64,000 nt of DNA from Veleropilina oligotropha (Eukaryota), in contig JBEUKZ010000084.1 in assembly GCA_048128005.1 (NCBI GenBank), positions 1 through 64,000 on the forward strand. Reading direction: 5' to 3'. The notes beneath the pieces are model-generated. The model had not been told where the DNA came from. It saw only the letters and a program-made list of their open reading frames with translations, and made no database searches. How positions within the stretch are numbered: the stretch's first letter is position 1; every line of letters starts with the position of its first letter. Below are positions 1-12,943 of the stretch, piece by piece. The translations under genes were made by a program, and so were the position numbers.

Positions 1-252
1 TGCCATCATGTTCCTATGATGTAGACCTACTTGCACGTCACGTTTCTGCGACGTCAGCCTACCCCACTGCACATTACACATTTGTGATGTATGCCTACTT
101 TACACCACGCATCTTCCATATCACGCTTCTACGATGCGAGGCTACACCACATCACGCACCTGCGCTGTAGGCCTACTCAACAATATCCTTCTGCGATGTA
201 GGCCTCCTCCACGCCGCACTTCTGTTATGTGGTGCTACTCAACATCACGTTC
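1..252. repeat. Degenerate ~31-bp tandem repeat (consensus ~CACATCACGCTTCTGCGATGTAGGCCTACT)
   Basis: Recurring ...GATGTAGGCCTACT / CACATCACG motifs at ~31-bp spacing. Confidence 0.5.
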
Positions 253-380
253 ATTTAACACAGGTAAATTCTGCATTATTTATTGACGTTATCATACCCG
301 TGCATTGACATATGTGCTTTTTATTTTGCAGATTAACAAAGGTAAAGACCATTCTTCGACTATTGTCTACGGACACGTTT

Positions 381-1310
381 ATGAAGAAATGCATCATCAT
401 TTTGGCAATACTGGCCATCTCAACATTGCTATTGAAAGAGCATCACCTGCAGACGACCAAACACTCCAAGCAGCACGACGTCATGATTCATATTCCCATG
501 TTAATCCTCTTCTCAACATGCCGTCTGGAGGTGAAGAAGATGCAAGTCATAACTAACACGCTTAGCTTTGGCAAGCTATGGAAGCCCCACATACACCCCG
601 TGTTGTTTACGAACGACAGCATCATAGCTAATTTAAGCCAGTTTCACAATTGGGATGTACTTCCGCTACCCAGAACATCTTGTGGTGGCGTTCCAATTTT
701 AAAGAGTATGTTTGAGAGAGTGGAGGAACTCTATCCAGCCACCTTTTACGGTTATTTTAACTCAGACATCATATTTGACGCTGGGCTTCATAAAACTTTG
801 ACTGCATTGTCATCTTTGGGCTTCTCCAAAGATAAACCCATTTTGTTAATAGGCAGACGAACGAATATTAACTGTAGCGTGCAGCCTTTATTTAACACGC
901 TAGACGAAATAAAACTTATGGTGTCTGTGACTGGAAAACTCTATAACGAGTGGGCTGAGGACTACTTCATCACTAATTCCGTGTTTCCATGGACCAACGT
1001 TCCTGACCTTGTGGTAGGTAGACCAGCGTACGACAATTGGTTGGTTTTGTATGCACGTGATAACAACATGACCGTTATTGACGTCACTGAGACAGTTTTA
1101 GCGGTACACCAGACAACGGCGGAAGGGAACAAAGCCGGGTTCAGGCATGAAAATAGCAACTGCAATCGACAACTTATTAAACGCTTGAATCTACACCGTG
1201 AATATAAAAAGGGATGCATCGAATGCGCCCCATTCTTCACAAAATATGATCGCAGAAAAAATATCATCCTGGCCAATCGAACTCCACCACCGAAGTGCAT
1301 TTTAACATAA
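381..1310 (+). CDS. Glycosyltransferase-like (GT-A fold candidate) type II membrane protein, ~309 aa, coding sequence in one exon
   Basis: Long intact ORF. N-terminal anchor MKKCIIILAILAISTLLL. Motifs YGYFNSDI (DxD-like), LLIGRRTN, EDYFIT, VVGRPAYDNWLV, IDVTETVLAVHQ. A splice acceptor (ttttattttgcAG at 330-331) suggests the ORF-track ATG at 312 is intronic. AATAAA at 1953. Confidence 0.75.
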   Translation: MKKCIIILAILAISTLLLKEHHLQTTKHSKQHDVMIHIPMLILFSTCRLEVKKMQVITNTLSFGKLWKPHIHPVLFTNDSIIANLSQFHNWDVLPLPRTSCGGVPILKSMFERVEELYPATFYGYFNSDIIFDAGLHKTLTALSSLGFSKDKPILLIGRRTNINCSVQPLFNTLDEIKLMVSVTGKLYNEWAEDYFITNSVFPWTNVPDLVVGRPAYDNWLVLYARDNNMTVIDVTETVLAVHQTTAEGNKAGFRHENSNCNRQLIKRLNLHREYKKGCIECAPFFTKYDRRKNIILANRTPPPKCILT

Positions 1311-1380
1311 GATGTTTTGCCTCATTCATTTTCATGTGTATTTCAATGTGTTGTTACATTCATATTATACGGCATGTGGT

Positions 1381-1644
1381 CTCCGGTAACCGACTAGGCC
1401 TATATTCGAGTGCCGAATCTTAATTCATGGGCTTGAACGCTCTGTCTAACAGAAATGTCTTCGAACCTCGGTTGGAGCAATAGCGTTCTTTGTTCAGATA
1501 CCATTCTCAGTTGTCCATAACGGATGGGAGAGGGTGAATTTTCTCGGGAGACCCGCGTGTCCTCCCGCGAATATATGGATATGTCCTGATATGAACGTGA
1601 CGGATTGTTAAAAACAGGACATTAAGCATAGATTCACACAAAAT
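1381..1644 (+). mobile_element. Divergent SINE (family A-related tail) just downstream of the GT-like stop
   Basis: Tail ...aaacaggacattaagcat shared with family A; flanked by direct repeat CATGTGGT (1373-1380, 1645-1652). Confidence 0.5.
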
Positions 1645-2181
1645 CATGTGGTATGGTACTGTAAATAATATGACATTGTCTTCCTTATCTTATTGCGGGA
1701 TTTCAATTTGAGGACACTGTTTAATTTGTGTCAATTGTTTTCTTTGAAATATGATCCAGTTGCCAACATGGATAACTGTCGTATTTCTTTGAAAACCAAC
1801 TATACTGAAAATATGTGTAACTAAAGTGAAAATTTGCTTCATAAAGATATTAATAAGTGATGTTGTTTTCTTTTGCACAATATTTTCTTGTATGTTGTAC
1901 AATAGGAGTGGCGCTATTATTGAGGTACATATCATTAGCTTGATACACAGACAATAAACTCTAGAGCTAGTGACTCCATTGTTCTAAGTAACAGGCAATG
2001 GGATTAAATAGGGTCACTATTCACGAGGAACGTGAACAAAGAAATGGATAAGATACCCAACTCGTTAGAATAGAAAAGAGTCCACATCATGCCGATAAAG
2101 CTACCTAGAGCCTGATATATCAACTATTGCATGTTTTAAGGGGATGCATAATGAAAATCCAATGTACAATATAGTTTCTTG

Positions 2182-2444
2182 GTATCATTATGTATGACAT
2201 ATAATACACTGACACCTCTGCGCGATAACCACATAACACCCCTCGCAAACGCTCGGATTGTTATGTGCGATATACGCTCTGATCGCAGTGTATTTTCTAT
2301 TACGCAAATAGTGCCGTATCATTATGTATGACAGCTAATACACTGGCACCTATGCGCGATATCCAAATAACATCCCTCGCAAACGCTCATATTGTTATGT
2401 GCGATATCTACTCTGATCGCAGTGTATTATCTATTACGCAAATA
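2182..2444. repeat. Tandem duplication of a ~134-bp unit, each copy a hairpin with a ctcgcaaacgctc loop
   Basis: Units start at 2182 and 2316; arms aatacactg...cagtgtatt. Confidence 0.75.
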
Positions 2445-2934
2445 AATAATCGATGAACTATTATAAATCGGTAAAATATGTTATACGCATTATCGATCGG
2501 TCGGCGCTCAAGATCGATCGTGTTACGCTACCCATGAATAATAATATTTCTCCGTTATCTGTTACGTCGTCGTCGATAAAACTGTTGGCGTGGTCGCTAA
2601 ATAGTTACTTACTGGATGCAGAGATGTAGAAATTACACGACCTGGCTTACATCGCATTCAGACATCAGCAACATTAAATTTGCATCCCCAGATTCATAAT
2701 TTACTAATACATGGTATGTATTCAAACAAGTTTATCTTATCATGAAATATCAAGGGGGTTTCCAGGGCGATGTAAAATAATCTTTAAAATGGTCGATACC
2801 TCTACAATACCGAACAAAAGATTTGTAGAAAACACAGACACGATTTGAGAAGAAATCCAAAATACGCATATCGCCGTGACGTAAATAAACTTTGCGTGGC
2901 GCAGAATCGACCTGTGTTGGTTGGATTAATGGAT

Positions 2935-3175
2935 ATGTCCTGAATATTTACAACCATCAAGTTCAATGCGGACATGTCCCTATTATCGTGGAAGTAAAGC
3001 CCATTCGCTCGGTGAAACCCGCCCTTTCCGGCCAGTTATGGACAACTGCGATTGATAACTAAACAAAGAATTTTAGTGAACCAGCTGAGATTCAAACCCA
3101 CTCCTGTTAGGTAGTGCAATCGAGCCAGTGATTTCAGAGTCGGTGCTCGATACCACACGACTAACGGGTACGGCC
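2935..3175 (-). mobile_element. Family A SINE, diverged
   Basis: Shares ggacatgtcc, aaacccgccct, ggccagt..ggacaactg and gccagtgattt with the full-length copies. Confidence 0.7.
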
Positions 3176-3714
3176 TGACACGTACATCGGGATATTTGAC
3201 ATATATTTACTAGTGTAAAATAAAATTCAGGATAAAAAAATAAGAACAATAACACGTTTGAAACCCCTTTAAGTACTGTATATCGAAATGCACCATCATG
3301 CATGTGCATTCAAGTCCATTGACCTATACAGAGGGTAGATCAGTTCTACTCACACATTATTTTAATTTTATTAAACAAATGCCATTGGAGAGGAGTATTT
3401 GTGGTAAAATGTATGGATATCCCACGTCTCTGCCAAGAGAATCAATTTCGAAAGAACATAATTGTATTGTTTGCAGAACAATTTGCTTTCTTTCAAATAT
3501 TCCATTCAAATGATAAGTGATATCGATTTAGATGACACTTGATTGCGATTCTTTATCTTTACTGGATATTCACTTTTAGCGTGGCATAGTTAAACAATGC
3601 AATTATGTTCACACGTTGTTTAATAACAAAGACGCGAACAATGACATGTGATCATTCTCAACATGCAGCCGACACTGCTGTCTTGCTGATGTTTCCTCAT
3701 TTTTCCACCACCTA

Positions 3715-5130
3715 TTCTTCTTCTTCTTCTTCCCATGAATCGCAAATCTCTAAAAGAGCAACGTCGCGAGTGTGCACGTGCTGGTGGCGGGGAATGCTGT
3801 TGATGGGAAGTAGGAGGATTGGTAGACCTTCGTTCTGCAGTAAAGTTGTCTGAAGACCTGTGAGTGACCTCGAGTTGTGGTCAGGGCTTCTTGCAGGTAG
3901 GCGCATGGGAGGACGGCGACCAGGTTGTTGACCATCCGGTACATCATGGTGACCTTCGTCTTGGCTCTTTGTTCGGCGAGAGTGCTCCATCCAAGGTCGG
4001 CGAGCATCGGGGTGACGCTGCTGGTACGTTTGTAGTCTGCCATGGTGTGGCGAGCCGCCCTTCGTTGAACAATCTCCAGTTCATTTGCGCTCTTGGTGGA
4101 ATTCGGAGCCCACACCGCAGACGCATATTCCATCACTGGTCTCACAAGGGTGGTGTAGCAAGCAGCCTTGAGGTGTTTCGGTGCTTTCCGCAGGTTTCTC
4201 TGTAGAAAGGCTCTTGTGCCGTTTGCCTTGACAGCCGTGGAATGGACGTGGTGATTCCAGTTCAGCTTGCAGTCTATAGGTGGACTCCGAGATACTTCGC
4301 CGTTTTTACATCTTCGAGGACGTGGCCATGAATCTTGTATTGGGAGATGATCGGTTTCCGCTTGATTGAGATGCGCAGGATCTAGCACTTGGACGGGTGA
4401 AACTCCATCAGCCAGTCGGATTCCCAGGTTTGGAACTTGTCGAGGTCTGCTTGGAGTATGGCAGCGTCTTCTTTGTATTTTATGCGTCGGTAAAGTATGC
4501 AGTCGTCAGCAAACAGTCTGGCCGTTCACGAGGCGTGGGAGGGGAGGTGAGGTCGTTGATGTAAACAAGGAAAAGTAGAGGACCGAGCATCGTACCTTGT
4601 GGTACTCCAGATGTGTCATCCGATTGCTGAGATGTGCTGCCGTCCAGGATCACCTGTTGTTTCCTGTTATTGAGGAACGGCCTTATCCACTCGAGACTGT
4701 TGCCTCTGATGCCGTAGTGTTGTAGCTTGAGGATGAGACGTTGGTGGTTGACTTTATCAAACGCTTTGGCGAAGTCTAGAAGAATAACGTCCGTCTGCTC
4801 GCTGTCGTCTAGTCCCTTCGCCAGGTCTTGGATAGCCAGTATTAGCTGTGTTTCGCAGGAATGCTTCTTGCGGAACCCGTGTTGGTAAGGCGTCATAATG
4901 TTGTGGTGTTCCAAGTGGTTTATGATGTGTGAGTGGAGGATGTGTTCCAGGAACTTGCTGCATATACATGTTAAAGAGACAGGCCTATAGTTAGCCGCTG
5001 TTGATCGGTCGCCTTTCTTGAAAAGAGGGACTACATTCGCATTTCGCCAGTCTGTAGGTGTTGCTCCTTGGTGCAGAGATGCCTGGTAGAGGTGGGTGAG
5101 GATCGGGGCAAGTTCGGCTGACCGCTCTTT
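3715..5130 (-). mobile_element. 5'-truncated non-LTR retrotransposon (CR1/L2-group), frameshifted RT/ORF2 3' part
   Basis: RT motifs NYRPVSLT, QHGFRK, LDFAKAFDKV, SGVPQG..LGPLLFLVYIND; C-terminal YTTLVRPVMEYASAVW, VQRRAAR, LGWSTL; (GAA)n tail at 3715-3731. Confidence 0.92.
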
Positions 5131-7120
5131 TGCGTATTGTTGTGTAGTCAATCATACAGAGACGAGAACAATGCTAGTTCCAGTGGGTCATATACAAAGT
5201 TTATTTGAATGAGGATAGTAATTAGAGGTGTAAGTAAGATTTCACACATTAAATTTGACCCGTTTATAAAAAGGAGGGCAACATAATTCAAGTTATAATA
5301 TGAAAATAAGTTAATTTACAGTACATAAAAAGAATATTTGCTGCAATAGTTTTATATTATATCAAGCTAGAGGATAACACAATTCATGTACATTTTCCAT
5401 TTTATACATAGTTAAATGAAAATTCCCAGAGCAGTATACCGAAACATATATCACATCTATACAGACAAAAATGGGTGGCCTCTAGGCCTACTACATCTTT
5501 ATGAGAAATAAAATCATCTTGAAATAATCCTAAGTTGAACATTCCACAATAAAAAACGACTACCATAAGCACATTATGGTGTTTAAAATCCAGTACTGTA
5601 TATTTACCAAGCATCTTATATATAAATACGCAGTTGCTGTTTCTTGAAGACGGCTTTTCTCAGTTGCCAATAGATGGACCTTGGCCATCTTGGTGTCAAA
5701 TTGACGAGTGTGCCGAAAGAAAAAAACCCAAGAACTTAGATTTTGCATTTTTGCCTCATTGATTCAGAACCAGGGGGAGAGCCTGTCGTATATTTACAAT
5801 GGGCCATGAACGAACGTCGCGCACGCCATTATGCAACAGTATCTATAGGAATGTATGGTGTCCGGTTCGGAACGGAAACAAGTATTTCACCGTGAGGAGA
5901 ACGAGTTAAAATAAACCCGAAGCTCACAGAAGTCTGTGGAAAAGTGGATTCTACCCTCTCACCTGGAGAGTTGTCATAAACCTCCTCTGTATGGAAGAGA
6001 TAGTTTTATTACCTCGGCAGGGCATATATATATAGTTGTTCGATTCTGCCTCTTCAGAATGGAAAGTGAGAGAATTGTAGCGATATATCCACCTATACTA
6101 AAACAGTATTTCGCGCGCAAGTAAGGAAACATCTATTAAAACTCATGAAACTATTCAGTCGCGTCGAATTTCATACTGAAACAATCTGCTATTTCAAACC
6201 CTCGTCCCATTTCGATAGCCCTGGGCATATGACACGTTGTGGTGAAACAAAACGTCTCTACGACCATTAGTTTTCCCACTATTGTTACAAAAACCGAAAA
6301 CCGGACCTGACTTGAAAAAATCCTTTGGATTTTCCAGGTTTGTGCTCAAAATTGAAGAAATCGGACCAGTAGATACCGAGAAACGGCCCCTGACAGATGT
6401 GAGTCTTAACAGAATATATGGCATGATAATGAATCAGTAATATGGTAAAAGTTATCTCCCCTTCTATATAATTTGATTTGAGTTGAATTGGATAGTTTTA
6501 CGACTACATTTTACAATTTTCAAGTTGTTTTGTTGTAAAGACCCCTGAGCAACGTATCTATCGAATATGCGGATGTCAAAATGAAGTCACTTATTAGTAT
6601 GTAAACAAGGATATTCTTTCTCCCTGCCTTCAATGATGAAAATGCCATTATTTAGTCATTGAATGTACCACTGGTCATGAAATAGCCTCTTCTGTTGTCT
6701 ACTAGTAAATCATTTGAGTATCAGCCTTATTTGTGGCTTACACATGGGGTACATGCAAAAAGTACCAAAAGCATTGTATACACATTGCAACTTTCGTCTC
6801 TTAGCCGTTAATACATCCGCGAGATTGCATCTTGCAAAAGGGATGTAAGAATGTTATTGATGTCATCAATGAGAGTCATCAGTTATATATAATGATTCCT
6901 GTAGCACTCTCGAAAAAGAGGAGGATTTTTTAAAGAATATTGCACTTAAAAGGTCCCAAACGTAAATCACAACACCTGGTTGGAATGATTGCTGTCTATA
7001 ATGTTACGTTATTCATAAATGATGTTTCCGCAATCTGTTTGGAGCCAATCAATCCTCTAGAAAACGGCAACATTAGAAAAACGATACCAATATATGTTCA
7101 TACATCATAATATATAAGAA

Positions 7121-7333
7121 CATGGAAAGGGAAGTTCTTCATGTAAGACTACACGAAATTTATCGTAATGATAGCTAACCCTGTTGAACTAGCACTGTCC
7201 CCAAAGCACATATAATATATGCCTAACCCTAAACTGGATATATTCCATGAGCATTGGGGTCAGTGCTAGTTCAGCAGGGTTCGCTACCATTACGATAAAT
7301 TTTGTGTAATCTTGCATGGAGGGCTTCCCCATG
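7121..7333. mobile_element. MITE-like palindrome with ~90-bp imperfect inverted arms and a cctaaccctaa-containing spacer
   Basis: aaatttatcgtaatgatagctaaccctgttgaactagcactg pairs with cagtgctagttcagcagggttcgctaccattacgataaattt. Confidence 0.75.
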
Positions 7334-7375
7334 TACCGGTAAATCCTAAAATTCGTGTGTGGTACCAAACTTAAA

Positions 7376-7577
7376 TCACTTGACTGCCCTGTTTAACAGG
7401 AATGGGTTGGAATCCTCGGCTGGACACATTGTTCGATTAACAAGCACAGTGGTCCATAACTGACCGATATTGAGTACGTTTTCACGGGCGATCGGGATTT
7501 CCTCACGCGATAAAACGAACGTGTAAAATATGACCCTAAAGCATGTTAATTGGGATCGATCCAAACCAAATCAAAAT
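7376..7577 (+). mobile_element. Old SINE remnant related to family A
   Basis: B-box-like gggttggaatcc and a degenerate core (cagtggtccataactgacc...gggatttcctcacgcgataa). Confidence 0.4.
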
Positions 7578-8539
7578 ACACGATGTCATCCGACAGACTG
7601 GGAGGTAAAACATCGAGTGTCGAACGTGTTTCGAGAATCGTACGGCGGCAACACAACAGAAGCGACACAACAACCTAGCGAATATTACGAACGTGTTGTT
7701 GTCATGCCAATGTCAGATACTCTCCAGCACCAAATGAGGACATTTTCAGTCAGGAACAAACAGGATTTGAAAAATTTAAGACGTGTTTCATCTGTAGCAA
7801 CCAAACAATCCTTGAAAGTTTACCCAAAAAGAATTTCCTGACACATGCTGATGAACATATTTCAGCATTAAGACGTACAACGATGTATTAAAGAGAACAA
7901 TGACTGACTGGTAATATGATCACCAAAAAAAATATTATAATTATGTGCATTACAACATATCACCCAATTTAAATGCGAAAGCAATAATTGTGAGGCGTTT
8001 ATATTAAAACACAAGAAAAGGTTGCTCAACAGCTCACCATTTTAACAATATTGAATTTGAGTTGAATGTAATGTAGCGAGTCATCTTTGTTTCAATCAAT
8101 GGAATAAATACAATTACATGATATAAGAAACATTATATTGATGTGAACGATGTGAACTGATTAAAAGGCAATTTATTACTGATATTACTTATATAAAACA
8201 GCGAAATCATCGAAAAACTATAACTGAAATTCTAAACAAATTTTATCGGCAAAAAGGTGTACTAATAGCACGGATGTATATTGTGAATTGGGTAGCTGCC
8301 CACTATCTGTAAAACGGAAAAAACTGTTTATGAAATATTAGTTTTATGCAATCAATAATCTTAACTTTATTATACATACTATATTGCATGTGAACACGCT
8401 GACTGACATTAGTAATATAATAAAATGGAGTTCTTGCGTTAAAAACTTACTATCTCAACTGTATGGAAGGGGTTCTGTGCCATAATTATATGTATCTATA
8501 CATTACATTCTTATTTAGTCTTCTCTTCTTTGTAGTTGT

Positions 8540-8776
8540 ATGTCTCATTCTATGTATGTAAGTTCCATTCATATAGTTGCAATGTCTCATTCTATGTATG
8601 TAAGTTCCATTCATATAGTTGCAATGTCTCATTCTATGTATGTAAGTTCTATTCATATATTGCAATGTCTCATTTTATGTATGTAACTTCCATTCATATA
8701 GGTGCAATGTCTCATTCTATGTATGTAAGTTCCATTCATATAGTTGTCAAGGATACCATTCATATAGTTGTCAAGG
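8540..8776 (+). repeat. 42-bp tandem array (TATAGTTGCAATGTCTCATTCTATGTATGTAAGTTCCATTCA) grading into 24-bp units
   Basis: Directly visible. Confidence 0.95.
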
Positions 8777-11499
8777 CGATTTAATTATTTTTAAATATTC
8801 AGTAGCGATTCATTTAAACGGTAGCGAATTACTTACGAAAGTTGAGTGTTGAAAATTCCTTATGTTATAAACAAAAAGTGTAATGCGGTTAGTTTTCTTT
8901 TTTAAAAAGAAGTGCGCAATACTCTCTTTAAGGACAACATGCTAGATAACTATGGATACATGGTTTCCTGTTTATATATTCAAACCTTAGAAGTGCAAAG
9001 TTTACTTTTGGCAGAGCCATAACTTGTTGATTGAATGATCAGTTCAAACATTTCGCATGTGTTTTACTCATATCGTATTGACGCGCATTATAAGGCCATG
9101 GTCTTATACACGGAATTGTGCATTTTTGTTTTGTTGTCAAATTAAAAAAAATTCACATATAAGGCCATGGCCCTATATCAGAATATAATTAGGGCCACCC
9201 CATTTACCCGCATATAAGGACACCTTTTTGTTTATTTCAATTAATCGTTTAATACTTTCCCCATTCTTCAGTAAAAAGATACTTACAAAATTAAAAAAAT
9301 AATTGTGTGGCTAATAATTTACATTTATTTTTGCACTAAACAACATTATTGTACGTACGTACGTACGTATGTATACTAGTATATCAAGAAATCGAATGCT
9401 TAATATCTAAAACTGAAGTAAACGATTAGATAGTTTGCAGTTTAAAAGTCCCCGGCGTATTAATCGTGCGCATACTCATGACCAATGGCCATTTTGGACA
9501 AGATTTACGGACGTTACCTTGCAATTTGAGCATTAAGCCTATAAAGAGACTATTGCCCGTAAATATATGGGTTGTCTCTGGCACGAGTTGCCCTGACTCC
9601 TTCTATCGCACGGTTCGCGCAGATTGATACAAATTTCGCGAGGATATGATCGATATATGAACAAATGATAGACTTTTATTAAAATTATTATTGTAACTGG
9701 GCAATATATGTTATTGTCAAGTCCAGTGTGTTATGTATTTTCGTTTTTATTTTTTGGAGATTTGCAAACCTATACATTTTTGGAAACATTATAACCAGTA
9801 TAATTTGAAAACCAATCTTTGAATTTGAACCGATGCCATTATGGCGGCCATTTTGAATTTCAAGATAATCGCCATTTGGAATAATTTATATAGCATAATA
9901 CAGCCACAATATCAACAAATAATTTAGTTTTAGAGTTTAAATGTAAATTATCATGATGAAAACATATCATAGAATCATCTGTCTGAATAATGTACATATT
10001 ACAGGACATGCAACTGTCTTTTTAGTGTGATGTAATATGGATTTTTAGTATTCACTGTATTATGAAGACAATGTTGCAGATACCAGGGGCGGATCCAGGA
10101 TTTTTGCTTAGGGGGAGGGGGGGGGGGGCGATGAATTTACTATCAACTGTTCACGTGGGGGCGGGAACCCACGCGAAAGAAAATTTTGACAATCAACAGC
10201 CTGAAACCTCCTCTCCTGCACTCTGACAGGGCAAATGCGATATTTATTACCAACATTTATTAACCATTTCCATCACTATGTACGGGTAACAAGTAGCAAT
10301 ATTACATGTAATTACTACTTTTTTCGTTTTTGGCTAGTTACGGTCCGGCGTAATGCCTGAATCTTTCTCATTAGGCCTATATTGGACATTGCTAACCAGT
10401 TTGACATCTGCTGTTACAGCCACCGGAGAGATTGAAACGAGCATTTCACGCTGGTTAACTTAGCAAGTATTAGCACTTTAAGAATAATAAGTTAACCATG
10501 TATTTGGTTATAATGTATTTGCAACATAAGTCAATTTTAAAATCACAATTATGATAAAATAAAGTTTTTAGCTGGGGCGGATCCAGGATTTTGAAAAGGA
10601 GAGGGGTCCAGCTTTAACCAAATAACTATCAACTGTCCGAGTGGGGGAAATGGCAGTGCAAACGCGATATTTCGTTCTAACTTTTTATTAACCACCGTCA
10701 CTTAAATAGCACGAGTCAAATTTTTATTTTATTTTGTAATAATTGTCCGCGTGGGCGTCGGTGCCCCACGCGGAAGAAAATTTTGACAATAATTAACGGT
10801 GTTAAATCCCCCTCCTGCATTATTACATGGCAAAAGCTACTAGTAATACAATTCAGCTTTATTATTTTAGGATAGGCCTATTTATAATGTTCTGAAAGTC
10901 ATTTGTACCAGATTATACATTATTTTATTACTCGGGTGTTGAAGATATCGCTATCTCATAAAAATCTCGTATCTTACGGGTGTTGGATAAACAAATGACC
11001 TCCAACCCTCAATTTTGATTGGACAATAGCAATCTGCTGATGTAAGGTCACGGGACTACTTGTTTCATTGATAAATGTTACAACTTTTACTATCAAGCAA
11101 ATGTCTCACGACTGCCGTCGGAACGACATCTTATAAAGCAACGAAACTTCAAAGTATAATTAAAATAACTACAAACATTGGTAAAATAAATAAAAGTAAG
11201 CATACAATAAAATAGTATTTACAAATAATAATTATGACAAAATATAAAATAAATTTTGATGCGTCGTCTGCTTAGAGTCAAGATGGAGACATCTATATCA
11301 ATTATCTGTGTTAATGATTGCGTGAAAATTGACGGGAAAGTGCGTGGACGAGTTATGTCAGTAGTTCAACCAGTCAATAACGCCACCCCCAACCTCTGGA
11401 TCGATCATCGATCTGCCAGCCTAAGTTTACGATGACGTTTCGTGACGATTTTTTTGACGAAACTAATACAAAATCTGCAACTACCACAACTTATGATTA

Positions 11500-12476
11500 C
11501 GAGTACAACCGTTCGAACATTAACAGGTTTATTCAAGAAAACAGAAATAAAAATACATTGCGAAAGACACAGTAAGATTCTAATATTTTGGCCAAATTCA
11601 TGATACTAAAAGGCGACAATAGACCAGTAGCAACTATATCGCCAAATGAACTGTGCGACATCCTATGTAATTACTTCATGTCAATAAAGAAAGCAAATGG
11701 TCAAGAATATGAACCCTCATCACTAACATCAAAGATATAAAGTTTTGATCGGTTTTTAAAACACAGAGGGTACGAAAAGTCATTACTGCGGGACAGAGTT
11801 TTCACGGCTTCGGGATGTTTTGTCATCAAAACAAAAAGCACTTAAAAGTCAAGGGTTCGGAAACTTACCAAATAGGGCTGAAAGTTTATCCTGTGACGAA
11901 ATCCAGAAATTGTATAACGGCAATGAACTGGGTTGCAACAACCCCGAATCCATCATAAATACTCTGTGGTGGAATAACACCCGTCACTTTGGCCTTCGAA
12001 GTGTTAAACCACACCATATGATGAAATGGGGCGATGTTTCGTAGGCGGGAGAGAATTCCTCGAATATAACGAGCGCCAAACGAAAACACGCACAGTTGGT
12101 GATACCAGGAATGTCCGTGATGTTCCTCCTCGTGCTTGGGCGACGAACGATGTCCGGTATTCATTTATAAGCTGTATGCCACATTAAGGCCGGTAGATTT
12201 TCGTTCTGCCGATACACCGTTTTATCTGGCAACAAATTCGAAAGTCGCGCCTGCTCAACTTTAGCAATATCATCAGTTCGCACGTTCCTCAGCCAGCAGC
12301 TCCACCCTCGATAAATGTCTCGAACTTCCAATTCACTGTCCCGCTCCATAAATTCACAATCTAGTCGATGGAATTTCTTAAGATCTATTTTTTCCGCACC
12401 GATTTCTAATTGCACCATTAACGTCAACATCAACGGAGCATCGAGCCCAATGCGCCCTAGACAAAACAATGATCAG
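11500..12476 (+). pseudogene. DUF3504 / ZMYM-KCTD1-QRICH1-like tyrosine recombinase pseudogene
   Basis: Fragments NKNTLRKT, KKANGQEYEPSSL, LKSQGFGNLPNRAESL, LGCNNPESIINTLWWNNTRHFGLR, EYNERQTKTR, CPVFIYKLY, TPFYLA; stops and frameshifts; C-terminal catalytic region apparently deleted. Confidence 0.85.
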
Positions 12477-12797
12477 TGACGATATTTATTAAGAACACGT
12501 GATGCAATATGGAAATTTGACGCTATTTTGAAATCTCTGTATATAAATATAAATAATAATAGCCATTTACAAATATTTAGTTAAATATCTTATTGATTGT
12601 TACAAGACGTTTTGTTATTTTTAATTTTTAACGTTGTTAGGCTATAAGAACGACCTATATTAATGCTCAAGGATTTTATCACATCTGTGAAGAGGCAATT
12701 CCTACGCAAATGTTGTTGGGGACAATGTTCGGATTTATATGCAGAAATACGATAATAAAACAAGTATTTCAACATAAATATCGTGAGTAATAAATAA

Positions 12798-12943
12798 AAT
12801 ACTACACTGGTTGTCGATAGATACCATTTTTACGTGACTCGTATATGTCTGACGGTATCTAAACTCGCTTTCGCTCGTTTAGATACCGTCAGACATATAC
12901 TCGTCACGTAAAAATGGTATCTATCGACAACCAGTGTAGTATT
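12798..12943. repeat. Near-perfect 146-bp hairpin (loop tcgctttcgctc)
   Basis: Arms are complementary except for a symmetric TC/TC mismatch. Confidence 0.95.

Noticed and set aside
312..380. ORF-track start of the 332-aa protein
   Set aside because: ATG 312 lies just upstream of a splice acceptor (AG 330-331); ATG 381 directly precedes the membrane anchor.
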